Assembly: GCF_006345805.1 (NCBI RefSeq)
Contig: NC_043001.1
Span: 35,340,001 to 35,404,000 of the forward strand
Length of the DNA: 64,000 nucleotides
Direction of reading: 5' to 3'
Source: Octopus sinensis
Taxonomy: Eukaryota
Shown here: one piece after another, positions 27,429 to 40,452 of the stretch
Position numbering within the stretch: position 1 is the first letter of the stretch
Layout: every line of letters begins with the position of its first letter
Position numbers and translations under genes: made by a program
Notes under the pieces: model-generated
Database searches by the model: none
Told to the model about the DNA's origin: nothing
The model's input: the letters and a program-made list of their open reading frames with translations, nothing else

Positions 27429-27838
27429 CAGGAGTGGCTGTGTGGTAAGTAGCTTGTTTACCAGCCACATGGTTCCGGGTTCAGTCCCACTGCGTGGCAC
27501 CTTGGGCAAGTGTCTTCTACTATAGCCTCGGGCCGACAAAAGCCTTGTGAGTGGATTTGGTAGACGGAAACTGAAAGAAGCCTGTCGTATATATGTATAT
27601 ATATATGCGTGTGTGTGTTTGTGTGTCTGTGTTTGTCATCCTAGCATTGCTTGACAACCGATGCTGGTGTGTTTATGTCCCCGTAACTTAGCGGTTCGGT
27701 AAAAGAGACCGATAGAATAAGTATTGGGCTTACAAAAGAATAAGTCCCGGGGTCGAGTTGCTCGATTTAAGGCGGTGCTCCAGCATGGCCGCAGTCAAAT
27801 GACTGAAACATGTAAAAGAGTAAAGAGTAAAAGAGAGT
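27429..27838 (+). mobile_element. SINE-B, full length
   Basis: CAGGAGTGGCTGTGTGG..TTGGGCAAG..GTAAAAGAGTAAAGAGTAAAAGAG. Confidence 0.95.
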
Positions 27839-28139
27839 TTTAAAATGTAGAGCAATCTTCAGCCACATATAGAATTTTCCAATTAAATAGACAATGTACA
27901 TTTTTATACTTATTCCATTTGCCAACATTACAAAGAGGGTAGATATATAGACAGAGAGGTTGATTTCTCTGCCAATAGGGCAGGTCCTTATACTTTTTCG
28001 AAGATTTAACATAATGTCTGTTCTGTATATTATTGGGATTAAAGCAAAATATATGAATATGTATGAGTGTGGGTGGTGCTGCAATTTTCATGGCTTTAAA
28101 GGTTTCGAGAAAGGCTTGATTTGAGCCACAACATTCCGA

Positions 28140-28499
28140 GTTCTTTTATAGGACTTAGAAAAAGGCGGCGAGCTGGCAGAAACTTTAGCACGCTGGGTGA
28201 AATGCGTAGCCGTATTTCGTCTGCCGTTACGTTCTGAGTTCAAATTCCGCCGAGGTCGACTTTGCCTTTCATCCTTTCGGGGTCGATATAATCGACTTAA
28301 TCCCTTTGTCTGTCCTTGCTTGTCCCCTCTGCGTTTAGCCCCTTGTGGGTAGTAAAGAAATATATAGGACTTAGAAAAGCTGATGGTCCGCTGCAATAAG
28401 TATGTGTGAATCAGAAAGGGGAGTATGTTGAATAAAATCATAACTGCTCCTCCTGTATTTTCTTTTAGCCAAACCGAGGAGCTTTTCAGCACACCCTCG
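28140..28499 (+). mobile_element. Mariner 3' end relic interrupted by a SINE-A
   Basis: With the SINE removed it reads DLEKLMVRCNKYV / NQKGEYVE* (mariner C-terminus pattern), then CTTTTCAGCACACCCTCG. Confidence 0.7.
28163..28362 (+). mobile_element. SINE-A, tail 1, with 16-bp TSD
   Basis: TATAGGACTTAGAAAA at 28147-28162 and 28363-28378. Confidence 0.95.
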
Positions 28500-28544
28500 C
28501 ATATGTATTATTCAATGAGTACTGAGAAGTTATATCTTTTGTGT

Positions 28545-28922
28545 GGAGGCGCAATGGCCCAGTGGTTAGGGCAGAGGACTCGCGGTCATAGGATCACGGT
28601 TTCGATTCCCAGACCGGGCGTTGTGAGTGTTTATTGAGCGAAAACACCTAAGCTCCACGAGGCTCCGGCAGGGGATGGTGGTGATCCCTGCTGTACTCTT
28701 TCACCACAACTTTCTCTCACTCTTACTTCCTGTTTCTGTTGTACCTGTATTTCAAAGGGCCGGCCTTGTCACTCTCTGTGTCACGCTGAATATCCCCGAG
28801 AACTACGTTAAGGGTACACGTGTATGTGGAGTGCTCAGCCACTTACACGTTAATTTCACGAGCAGGCTGTTCCGTTGATTCGGATCAACCGGAACCCTCG
28901 TTGTCGTAACCGACGAAGTCTT
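28545..28922 (+). mobile_element. SINE-C (tRNA-Arg-like head)
   Basis: GGAGGCGCAATGGCCCAGTGGTTAGGG..GGTTTCGATTCCC; tail GAACCCTCGTTGTCGTAACCGACG; 11-bp direct repeat ATATCTTTTGT at 28532 and 28928. Confidence 0.85.
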
Positions 28923-29497
28923 CCTTAATATCTTTTGTACTCCGTAGTATGTCACCGTGTTATCTAACCCTGTGCAGTGTCAATAAGAACACAACTCCTC
29001 TTCACAGCCAATGATAAAAGTAATCTGTAATTACAACACATATTGAAAATAAATTATATTCAGGTAGTGCTTACGTTATTCTCATTAAAATTAAACAAGA
29101 CGAAAGTCCTGAAAATAGATTAAACGTAGGATTATATTTCCATAAATCATTTTGTCTTAAAATTTCCAGCCCCAGCCTCAGAAGTGAGTGCAACCAAACT
29201 AAGAAAATTAAAAAATAATTATGATTCTATGAAAAAAAAATTTCAAGAGACTTTAATTTCGAGAGGGAGCCATTAATCGAAAACGCTCTATTAATTTTTG
29301 ATTTGAAGTATAACCATAATTTCCAAATTCTTCAAAAATATATGTCTGAATTGTGTAGTCATAGTGCTATACATACGCAACACAGTAAATTCCAATATTG
29401 TGCGAATGCGTAACAACGCCGTAACAACTTTTCTCTTTCGTGATTCAGATATCGTATGTGAGTGCTCAAGTACATGGAGACATACATACTTACACAC

Positions 29498-29580
<83 letters not shown>

Positions 29581-30141
29581 ATATATATAATTGAGAATGT
29601 ACTTATATATATAATATATGGTTGTGTATCGAGACCGGTGGATTAAAAAATATTAGTGAAACTCAAAAATTAAAACAACCAGCAAGTTAAAAGAAAACAG
29701 ACTGGTTATTGTTGTGTGGGACCAAAAAACAAACATTTGCTCTATTGTGAAAATCAGTTATCTTCTGAATATCAATAAGGTCACAAAAATACAGGATTAG
29801 AAGACATCTGAGGCCTATTGGTATAAAGTTTGCAAAATCAGTTTCCAACTTATACTTGCAGTTATATCCCTATTATTATTGGAAGAACAGGATGCACGCC
29901 CATCCTCTTGGAGCAAAGTGTGGCAGACCTTGGGTCTTTTGGGAGAGAAAGAAAGTCTAATTCATAAGCTACTAATGTTCATGACATCTAAGACAATAAA
30001 AGTCTGCTAACCTTCTTAAGATTTAGAAGTATTATGAACTAAATAAAATACTTTCCTGCTCAACCCGGCAACCCAGCAGATGACCAATGAAAATGAACTA
30101 TAAAATGACAAGGAAAAGGAAAACATGCATACATACATACA

Positions 30142-30172
<31 letters not shown>

Positions 30173-30204
30173 GTACGTACGTTGTTAGTTCTTAACTCTA
30201 AGAC

Positions 30205-30742
30205 CATCCAATGCTGTCAGTTCAACAGCCAACGTACTTACTCCAAACATTCTGATGGCTCGCTTTCTTCTTAGCTTCATTCGAGCCGAATCCCATGTCT
30301 ACAATATCGTTCCAGAAAGTGCTGCAACACGTCTTCTGTGGTCTTCCACCAATCCATTTTCCTTCACGAGGCGTTCACTCTATGACAATGGTAGCATTTC
30401 ACTATTGTGGTAATCGAAGTATATAACCAGTTAGCTGTATTCGCCACTTAGTTACCACGATCAGCAAGCTTCCTAGTCAGTTCTTCTCTTCACCACTTTG
30501 TTTCTCTCTTTGTGTCTGTAAGAGATGCACAGCTTCCGTGCAACACGTCCAGTGACTGAGAGGACTTTACTGTATTCTTTAAGGTTTCACAGACGTAGAT
30601 GACTGTTGGTATAACATGAATATAGCTACGGTTTAGCCGTTTTACTGTTGGACTTCGATTTCCATATGGGATGAATTCCTTGAAATACTGGCGTTGCATT
30701 AGCTATCCTGGTCTTGACTTCAACATTTGCACCAACCTCGTA
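30205..30742 (-). pseudogene. RTE-clade LINE 3' fragment (post-RT region)
   Basis: EVKTRIANATPVFQGIHPIWKSK, VIPTVIYVCETL..LDVLH, RRPQKT..DIVDMG..EAKKKA..W; several stops and frameshifts. Confidence 0.75.
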
Positions 30743-30953
30743 CATACATACATATATATACATCCATACATATATACATACATAAATACATACATTCTTA
30801 CATACATACATACGTACATACATTCTTACATACATGCATACACACATACATACATAAATACATACATTCTTACATACATACATACATACATACATACATT
30901 CTTACATACATGCATACACACATACATACATACAGACATAGATACATACATTC

Positions 30954-30984
<31 letters not shown>

Positions 30985-31002
30985 CATACATACATACATA
31001 CA

Positions 31003-31031
<29 letters not shown>
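30743..31031. repeat. (TACA)n tract with a higher-order unit containing TTCTTA
   Basis: ATACATTCTTACATAC recurs five times; the longer block CATGCATACACACATACATACATA recurs twice. Confidence 0.9.
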
Positions 31032-31034
<3 letters not shown>

Positions 31035-31506
31035 GGCATATATATATTTGTGTATGTTTGAAAATGGTCTGATGGTGAGATAAGTTCGATTTTCATTAAC
31101 ATTTTTCAGTTCCGGTTCAAGATATTGCTTTCTCATGTGAAAGATTGCCATTGAAATTTTGTAGCTCCACTACTTACATTTCTGCCCGAGAAATTTCTCT
31201 TCTCTACAAACATAATACATGAAATTTAAATAAATCCTGTCATGTGAAATGACACAGATGCTTTACCCTGTAGTTCTGTCACATATTCGCTTTGATCTCG
31301 GCAAGAATTGCTATAAAACTTTTATTTAAACACATTTCGATAATATATTTATTTAAAAGGTTGTTTTTTTGTCGTTGGTTTGCAAAATTTTAAATATATT
31401 TTTTTTACATTAATTTATTGATATATTGTATTTATCTTCCGTTTTTTGCTTTTCCCATATAACGCTTCCTTTCCACCATTTTATTATTGGTTTCATTTGA
31501 CATGTT

Positions 31507-31546
<40 letters not shown>

Positions 31547-31838
31547 GCACATACACACATTCACACTCTAACAAACATGCATATACATGCATATATTTAT
31601 GCATGCATGAATGTATGTAGATATTTATATAAACATGCATGTAAGTGTGTTTTCTAATCTGATTGTGTCGATTAAATTCTCTGAGCGTGCATGTGTTCGT
31701 CTGTATGCTTGCTCAAGAATACACCTGCTTGTTTTTAAATATTCCTAAATGCAACAGTATATTCATAAAATCACATATACATACCAATACATGTATATGT
31801 GTGTATGTACCTAATACATACATACATACATAAATACA

Positions 31839-31893
<55 letters not shown>

Positions 31894-31915
31894 TATATAT
31901 ATATATAATATATAT

Positions 31916-31972
<57 letters not shown>

Positions 31973-31990
31973 TATATATATACATATATA

Positions 31991-32150
31991 GTGAGAATTT
32001 ACGAAAGACAAAGACGGGTGTGTAAACAACAAATAGATGTATTAGTTTAACGCTCGGGAAGTGAGAAAGTATTTTACGTTTCGAGCCTACGCTCTTCGAC
32101 AGAAAGGAATACAGAAATAAACAGGGAGAGAAAACAGAATGTATATGTAT
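31991..32150 (-). mobile_element. Penelope-like terminal repeat with a degenerate hammerhead
   Basis: Minus strand CTGTCGAAGAGCGTAGGCTCGAAACGTAAAATACTTTCTCACTTCCCGAGCG; homologous to 40260-40430. Confidence 0.65.
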
Positions 32151-33438
32151 ATATATATATATGCCTGCATGTGTGTGTACAGGTCTTCACATACAAGTTA
32201 CGCAAATGATTGCGATGTACTTCACACATGGATATGTGTTAAATCTGTGTGTAGTCATAAAAGGAAGTATCATCAACGAATTCCATGTGAATGGAAATTG
32301 TGTAACATGTATTGAGTTCTTTTGGGATTCTTTTTGTTTTTGTTAATTCACATACAAACAAATAAACGATGCGTGACATATATGAATAGACAGTGACAAA
32401 GGGTTTATACGATGCTTTTTCTAATTCTATTTAGTTTTAAAGGTGTTCATGCGTTGTGCGTTTATTTGACTTAATACGCCTGTATGCGTTAATATGTCTT
32501 TAACAGTATTTCTGTTGATAATCTTCTTCTCTTGAGCTTCTTCGACCATGCTTTATGCAGTCCTAGACTAGTCACAGACTGCCAAACGCACACTGGCTCT
32601 ATCATCGGAACCTTGATAGTATCCTTCAGTTGCTAATTGCCAATTTTCTCTGTTTCAGCAGCATGAATTCACAAGCTCTGTTCATATCAAGAAAATAACA
32701 TCGCACTACATCCCTTACTCAGGAGCAACTAGAACCCTCAAAATCACTCTCTGTCACCGATGAGCTATTCTCGAGAAAGAACATGTTTAACGTAGCTAGG
32801 ATCACATCCCAAAGAATAACGTCGCTCTTCAGAGTTACAAATCTCTGATGAAATGCACAATGAAATGTTACTCTCAGATTTGAAATACGGCTGCTGCTGC
32901 TCATAGCTACATCATAGGTTGCATCCAGAGAAGGGATCCGTTGGCTGATAGGCGTTAAGTCTTTCACAGACATGTTTTCTGCCTCGACTCATAAGTGTAT
33001 TGTCTCATCTCCTAATTTTCTACTACTACCCTAATGGCCATTGCTCCTCGGATCTAGCTGGGATCGTGTCAAATCCATTCCTGCATTCCTATCCCATTCT
33101 TTCTTCCACCTCCAATCATTGTCGTTATGTCCAACTCTCCAGCCTCTAATCGCATACACTCAGTTCTTGTTTCCCAGCAATTCGGGTTTCTGTAGTTCAC
33201 TCACTCCTCATAACTTTCTCGTAGTTGTGTATCTTCGAATATTCAGGAGGAATAATAACAGCGTCAGTCTCACCGGTTTTAGAAGGCTTGCACAGGTCAT
33301 GAGAACTGCCTCTTCCTATAGACTCAGAAAGTTAAAAATATGCTTACATATTAATATCGTCATGTATATTTGATATAAAGGAAAATTAGCTTCAGTTTGA
33401 ACTCTGTGTAAGCGTGCACTTGTGCTAATGTTGAAAAG

Positions 33439-33488
<50 letters not shown>

Positions 33489-33824
33489 TACACACACACA
33501 CATACACAACACACACACACATTTGCTTGCATGTCTGTTTGTGTACCTGCATATTTATGCGAATATAAGTATTCCTATAAATACACACATACAAATTTTA
33601 TACTTGTATATATAAATATACACCGTTTAAGAGAATGGACACTCTTCCTATTTTGTTTTAATCCCTGAAGATTAGCCATTTTGGCAAAACAACACATGAT
33701 AAAATATATATTTTTCAATATTGAGAAAGAAACAAAAAGTAACAGAAAATATGCAGATTTGATTCTTACTTCTACGTGAATAAACGAAACAGAAAATATT
33801 ATCTTAAAATATATTTCGTCAAAC

Positions 33825-34257
33825 AAGGCAGCGAGCTGGCAGAAACGTTAGGATGCCGGACGAAATGCTTAGCGGTAATTCGTCTGTCATTATGTTCTAA
33901 GTTCAAATTTTGCCGAAGTCGACTTTACCTTTCATCCTTCCGGGTCGATTAAATAAGTAGCAGTTACTCACTGGTGTCGATATAATCGATTTAATCCGTT
34001 TATCTGTCCTCGTTTGTCCTCTGTGTGTGTAGCTACTTGTGTGAAGTAAAGAAATAAGAAACGTTAGGGCGCCGGGTGAAATGCTTAGCAGTATTTCTTC
34101 TGTCTTTGTGCTCTGAGTTCAAATTCCGCCGAGATCGACTTTGCATTTCATCCTTTCGGGGTTGATAAATTAAGTACTAGTTGCGTTTTGGGGTCGATCT
34201 AATCGACTGGTTTTCTCCTCAAACATTTCGGACCTTGTGCTTAGATTAGAAAAGAAT
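33825..34257 (+). mobile_element. SINE-A dimer: tail-1 copy 33825-34056 fused to a 5'-truncated tail-2 copy
   Basis: Junction AAAGAAATA|AGAAACGTTAG; degenerate 17-bp flanking repeat (33808-33824 versus 34255-34271, 14/17). Confidence 0.9.
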
Positions 34258-35000
34258 ATAGTTTATCAAACGTTGCAGAAAAATGACTCGATTCTTCAAT
34301 AGGAGCAAGGGTTTTGTTTTAAAGGCATATCAAATCTGATCTACAAGAGCTGTTCCCAATAGCATCCCAATCCTGATCATTGCCTATTTACCATTGTGGT
34401 GTCCACCAAACTACACTAGCCAAAATTTTCCTTCCTTTCGCTGTGGAGAATTTATATACCATGGTTATAACAAAGGTGATGTGTGTTTGATTCTTTCTAT
34501 GAGCTTTCTCACCGATCTCTTTCATTAGCGTAATAGATTTCATATTTATGTCACATCGAATAGATTTCATATTTATGTCATGACGAGAAAGGGAAATGAT
34601 AATTCAACAATTATATAGCAACCGTTTAATTGTTTTACATTGTAAATCGAGGGTGATAATCCATTTCCATACCACAAGTACGACCGCATCCGTGACGTTT
34701 TTACATAGATTTGATTACCTCATTTTGAAGACGATACCTCGCGTTTTCAGTGGTTAACGTATATTTTGTTCATTTTTTAATAAAATGCAAACGATTAAAA
34801 TATTTCAGCATTTTACCTAATATCCGCGTGTTATTCTTGTAGTTGATGCGCTTTAACAATACGCAAAATACTAATCAAATCCATGTATATACAATACTAT
34901 TCCAGCCAGAATATTTTGTGTCTCCTTTCAGCAGGCTACGTCTTCAGCGAACTACTTTTTATCATTTATTCATGTTGGAAAGAATAGGATGAAATATATG

Positions 35001-35332
35001 TGCGCAACTGGTACTTATTTCATTGACTCCGAAAAGATGAAAGCCAAATTCGAACCTCGGTTGAATTTGAAAACAGAACGTAAATATATACTAAATGCCT
35101 ATTTCTTTACTACCCACAAGGGGCTAAACACAGAGGGGACAAACAAGGACAGATAGACGGTTTAAGTCGATTACAAAGACCCCAGTGCGTAACTGGTACT
35201 TAGTTTATCGACTCCGAAAGGATGAAAGGCAAAGTCGACCTCGGTGGAATTTGAACTCAGAACGTAACGGCAGACTAAATACGGCTACGCATTTCGCCCG
35301 GCGTGCTAACGTTTCTGCCAGCTCGCCGCCTT
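35001..35332 (-). mobile_element. Young SINE-A (35100-35332) abutting the body of an older SINE-A (35001-35099)
   Basis: Minus-strand junction AAAGAAATA|GGCATTT..TACGTTCTG. Confidence 0.88.
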
Positions 35333-35356
35333 TCAATAATAATAATAGGAATAAAA

Positions 35357-35729
35357 ACAAGAGCACTCAGAGAGCGCAAACCTCTGCCAAGGCAACACCA
35401 ACGTTCTCTCAAGGATTAGCCAGAGATGATTTTTACAATGAGAATATCTGAAATAAACTCGACTGCTCTCACAAACGGGAATACAAAAAATGAACCCCAC
35501 CACTCTCAAAAATTAAGTAAAAAAAAAAACGGAAAAATAATCCAGGATCCTTGTCCGGTACTGGATCGATCCCAAAATCTAATCAGTTCATGCCAGTCAC
35601 GAGACCAAACACCCCTGAATGTTTCACCCGAATCCATCCGGTGGTTCTTGAGATATCTTGCCCACGGACAAACAAACAAACAAACAAGACTGAAAAACAA
35701 TAATTCCTCCTTCACTAAGGCGGAGGTAA
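35357..35729 (+). mobile_element. HINE/DINE-1-like non-autonomous Helentron-type element
   Basis: Subterminal inverted repeats CCTCTGCC (35381) and GGCGGAGG (35719), 3' hairpin CCTCC..GGAGG, internal (ACAA)n, A-rich flanks. Confidence 0.7.
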
Positions 35730-36176
35730 AAATAATATTTTGCATGTCAAGGCACGAAGGCCCAAGTTAATTCTTTCCTGTAGTATTGCGTATTCACACT
35801 TGGTAGACAAGTTGTGTGACAGAGATATAATTAGAGCACACATTTTATATAAGTTGACTGAATCGTATAGCTTCTTGATTACAACAGCTTCGTCAATGTA
35901 GATGCAAATTCAATTCAAACTTACTGGTAAAATATTCGGAGACATTTCAATTTCATTTTCCACCCACGGAATACCAAATCATCTGAATTCATGAACAATA
36001 TTTTCGTGCATTTTTATATGGGTTCATGATCTATATAGAGATTCGAGATTCATGTCGATATAAAAGCATATATACACGCCTAGAATTATGTATACGTAAA
36101 TATAAATATATATGTAACAAGAGACGGCCTATTTCCAATGTTACTGAATATGCTCTTCACTGATTTCAGGACTGCT

Positions 36177-36208
<32 letters not shown>

Positions 36209-36211
36209 GTG

Positions 36212-36242
<31 letters not shown>

Positions 36243-36347
36243 TGTGTGTGTGTGTGTGTGTGAGTGTGTGTGTGCGTGTGTGTGTGTATATATATATATA
36301 TCTATGTATATTAGATATATATACATACCTAAATATTTGATGCACAC

Positions 36348-36425
<78 letters not shown>

Positions 36426-36496
36426 TACATTCATACATATATAGATATTTACGTATATATATAAAAGTGTTATGTATCTCTCTCTCTCTCTGTACA

Positions 36497-36546
<50 letters not shown>

Positions 36547-36815
36547 TACGTGTATGTATGAATGTATGTGCGTATGCACGTATGTATGTGTGTGTGTACG
36601 TATGTATTTATGTATGTATATATGGATGTATGGATGTATGTATGCACGCGTATGTATTCACATACATTCTTTAAGAGTATTAATTTCGTTCCAGTAAAAG
36701 CCACTTTTCTAAGTAGGGGATTAAAGTATTGATTCTAACAGCACTCTATTGGTTTTAGGTAGCAACGAGAAACAGTTGTGCGTCCAGATGTCATAGTCCC
36801 AATGTGCATATATAT

Positions 36816-36851
<36 letters not shown>

Positions 36852-37277
36852 CACGTATGCCTGTATCTAAGTATGTTTGTTTATGCGTGTGTAGGTTTGT
36901 GTATGAAGATGCACTTAAGTTCCATCAAATATATCTCAATCTTAATGTCTTAGTACCGGAATTGAAACCAAAATTATTGTAAGGAGTCAGCATACACTCG
37001 TCCTTAGAGAATTAAGCAGTGCAACGTCTCTACTTTATGTGTTTGTGTGTGTGTGTCTCGGGGGAGGGGGCGCTCTGAATCTGTTGGTGTAACTATGTAT
37101 CTAGTTATGTATTAATCTAGTTCTCTCATTATATCAGTCGCTTCATGTGTCTGCGCAGTCCCTCGATCTCTTTCATTGTGTATATGTATACATGTATATA
37201 TAAATATAAATAAAATCATACGTACATGTCTATATATTTACACACAGACACACACTCGCACACACATATATATATGT

Positions 37278-37335
<58 letters not shown>

Positions 37336-37358
37336 GTATACATATGCATGTATATATA

Positions 37359-37389
<31 letters not shown>

Positions 37390-37397
37390 ATATATAT

Positions 37398-37555
37398 GAG
37401 TGGCTGTGTGGTAAGTAGCTTGCTTACGAACCACATGGTCCCGGGTTCAGTCCCACTGCGTGGCACCTTGGGCAAGTGTCTTCTACTATAGCCTTGGGCC
37501 GACCAAAGCCCTGTGAGTGGATTTGGTAGACGGAAACTGAAAGACGCCCGTCGTA

Positions 37556-37616
<61 letters not shown>

Positions 37617-37975
37617 TTGTGTATCTGTGTTTGTCCCCCCCAACACCGCTTGACAACCGGTGCTGGTGTGTTTGCGTCTCCGTAACTTAGCGGTTCGGCA
37701 AAAGAGACCGATAGAATTAGTACTAGGCTTACAAAGAATAAGTCCTGGGGTCGATTTGCTCGACTAAAAAAGAAGCAGTGCTCCAGAATGGCCACAGTCA
37801 AATGACTGAAACAAGTAAGAGAGTAAAAGAGTACATACATATACGACGTTTCTTTTGATTTCCATCTACCAAATCCTTACAAGGTGCTTTGGGCGGCCCG
37901 AGGCCATTGTAGAACACTATTGATCAAGGTGCCTCGTAGTGGGACTGAACCTGAAATCATGTGGTTTGGAAGCAG
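37398..37975. mobile_element. SINE-B full length (+, 37398-37832), tail-to-tail with a degenerate SINE-B 5' half (-, 37840-37975)
   Basis: Standard SINE-B motifs. Confidence 0.88.
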
Positions 37976-38202
37976 CCTAATGTTTTCGAGACACCCATGC
38001 CTTCATATATAATGTAGTGCTGATTGTGCTGAATTCCTGCTTGTTAGAGTTTAACTGAAAAATCTAAACCGGTCTTTGTTTAAGAAACCAAGGTCCCGAT
38101 GTAAGTTATTCCACATAAGCACGTGATCACAAACCTGTAAGTGGGCTGTCCCGAAACACACCCACACATTAAATACTAAAAGCAGTAAATCTTCTTGACG
38201 AG

Positions 38203-38432
38203 TCACATAGGCTCATAGAGCCGGTTTCCAGGTTTCCACGCCGTATTTATTGCCTACATGGACGGGACGCCGGTCCGTTGCGGGATTACTCATTTTTAGC
38301 CTATGGATAGACTGGAATAACGTGGAATGAAGTGTTTTGCTCAAGAACACAACACATCACCCGGTCGAGGAAACAAAACCACAATCTTGCGATCATGAGT
38401 CCAATACCTTAACCTTTAAGCCACGTGCCTCC
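38203..38432 (-). mobile_element. SINE-D with alternative tail
   Basis: GAAGTGTTTTGCTCAAGAACACAAC..ACAATCTTGCGATCATGAGTCC..TAAGCCACGTGCCTCC; its tail is shared with 44676-44856. Confidence 0.75.
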
Positions 38433-39885
38433 ACTGTACATTAAATAGTCTCACGCAATTAGAGAAAATGAAAATAATGAGTGTTACGGGGTCTTTGCTG
38501 ATGACATCCAGTTATGGTCAATACAGATTTTGCTGGTATGAAGATTCCACAATCTAAGTCTTATCCTAATGCTCTGGCCAAATCAGAGTAACCTTGGGTA
38601 ACACGGTTTCCCCTCTCCATAGCAGGTACAGTACACCCAAAAAGCTTCCATGAAAATACTGTTTGGACATCTTCGCTCATTTGGTTGATGTCATTTTGGT
38701 GGGTGGACGCCCCTAGATGATGAAGTAGGCTAGCCCAATACGTAGATATAGAGGGAGAAGTCTTGACGTCGGTAGAAAGTGGAGCTGAGTAGAGCTCATC
38801 CGAACATGCGACATAACACATTTAGAATGTATTGCAAATTATATCGAAGAGGCCACGCATTGGTATCGAACCAAGAATCACATGACTGCAGAGTAAACTT
38901 CGTAACCATAAGACCAAACCTAGCGGAAACTCGGCAAAATGAATTGCTATTAATTGGATTATTCTTGATTCCAGTTGTGCAAGTTTCTTCGCTAGTAATA
39001 TTGGTGATGCATATTAGTCTATTACTAATTTTAAGTGTAGTTGTAACTGTTTTACTTGTATCACTGAGACAATAGTGTTATGTCACCATTCTTCCTTACT
39101 ATTGTTTGTAGTATTGATAATCTTGTGGATAATATTATTGTTCCAAAGTTGGTTAGCTGCTAGTTATCAGAATTACTGGCGCGCTAGTCATAATATTGTT
39201 GAGAAAATCGAAATATGCGTATTTACTGAATTCCCTTTCGGCTTTTTCCTCTGGTTACACACTGATGACTATATTCAACGTCAATACGATCATTCTGTTT
39301 GTTTTAAAAATCAATGATGATGATATTTCAGCTTTTGTCTTCACGGTATGCTTGTAGTGTGTGTGTATGGCCACACATGCGCATGAGGATGTATATGTAA
39401 GCTCCTTAATGAATACGATAGAATTTTGCCAGAATCCAAATAATGAAAACGAAATCAACACGGAACAAGGCTTCCGATATATAACGTACAGGAAATGTTA
39501 CTGCGTCACGTCCAGAGCCCCCTGAAATATATTGGTTGTGTTAGAAAGAGAAAGAGAGGAAACGGTTACAGCAGTTACAACATTATGCCTATCTATGTAG
39601 AGTTTTCAATGTTTGCTCGAGCGGGTATCCGTTTTCCTAGTTACTTTTCAAAGATACTTTACTACAGGTCTCTAAAAAATATCTCAAAATATCTAGAAGT
39701 GACGGAATGCCTTTCCTAAAACAACAACAACAACAACAACAACAATAATCATTTCTGTTATAGGCACAGGTCTGAAATTTTTTATTTGGTGGTGGTGGTG
39801 GGGGTATATTTAAGTCGATTACAGCTCCCTTCGTGAGTAACTGGTACTCTGCTTTGACTTTCAAATCTCTGCTTTGATATTCACT

Positions 39886-40083
39886 GATGTTATCCAAAGG
39901 AAATGCAAAGGCCGATACAGCTTGGCAACAGTGATGTCGCAACTCATTTCTACAGCCGAGTTAACTAGAGCAACGTGAAATGAAGTGTCTTGCTCAAGAA
40001 CACAACACGCAGCCCAGTCCGGGTATCGAACTCACAATCTCACGATCGTAAGCTCTACGCTCTAACCACTGAGCCATGCGCCT
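39886..40083 (-). mobile_element. SINE-D
   Basis: Reverse complement of AGGCGCATGGCTCAGTGGTTAGAGCG..CTTACGATCG..GAGTTCGATACC..TTGAGCAAGACAC. Confidence 0.85.
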
Positions 40084-40224
40084 TCACTCAAAATATGATC
40101 ATCCCCAAGTATAATGATACTTGTTCAGCGACGTTCCAGCCACAACCCTCCCATCTTATTTTTATGCATCATGTTGCTTAGACAACATTATCTTACGCAT
40201 CCTTCATTCTTTCAAGTTCTTATA

Positions 40225-40430
40225 TAAGGTGATTGTATGTGTATGTCTTCCTTTTCTTTTGGACTTTCCTGTCTCCTGTTTCTGAAGAAGAGCTCTGCTC
40301 GAAACGTAAAACACCCTTTCATTCTTCCCTGAGCGTCTTATTAATACTTTGCATGTATCACGTCCTCACGTTGCTGTTTTTCTCTTGTTGTCCTCTTTTT
40401 CTCCGTTATTTATTAATTATGTATATATAC
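40225..40430 (+). mobile_element. Penelope-like terminal repeat (pseudo-LTR-like)
   Basis: Contains CTGAAGAAGAGC..GCTCGAAACG; homologous in opposite orientation to 31991-32150. Confidence 0.65.
40277..40313 (+). ncRNA. Minimal type I hammerhead ribozyme motif
   Basis: TGTTT-CTGAAGA-A-GAGC-TCT-GCTC-GAAA-CGTA-AAACA: 5-bp stem I, CUGANGA core, 4-bp stem II, GAAA, palindromic ACGT stem III, GUA cleavage triplet. Confidence 0.7.
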
Positions 40431-40452
40431 ATATGTGTGTGTGTGTGTGTGT

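Noticed and set aside
38485-38600. VFADDIQLW, resembling an RT YADD-type motif
   Set aside because: A single short motif followed by stops, with no other RT blocks visible.
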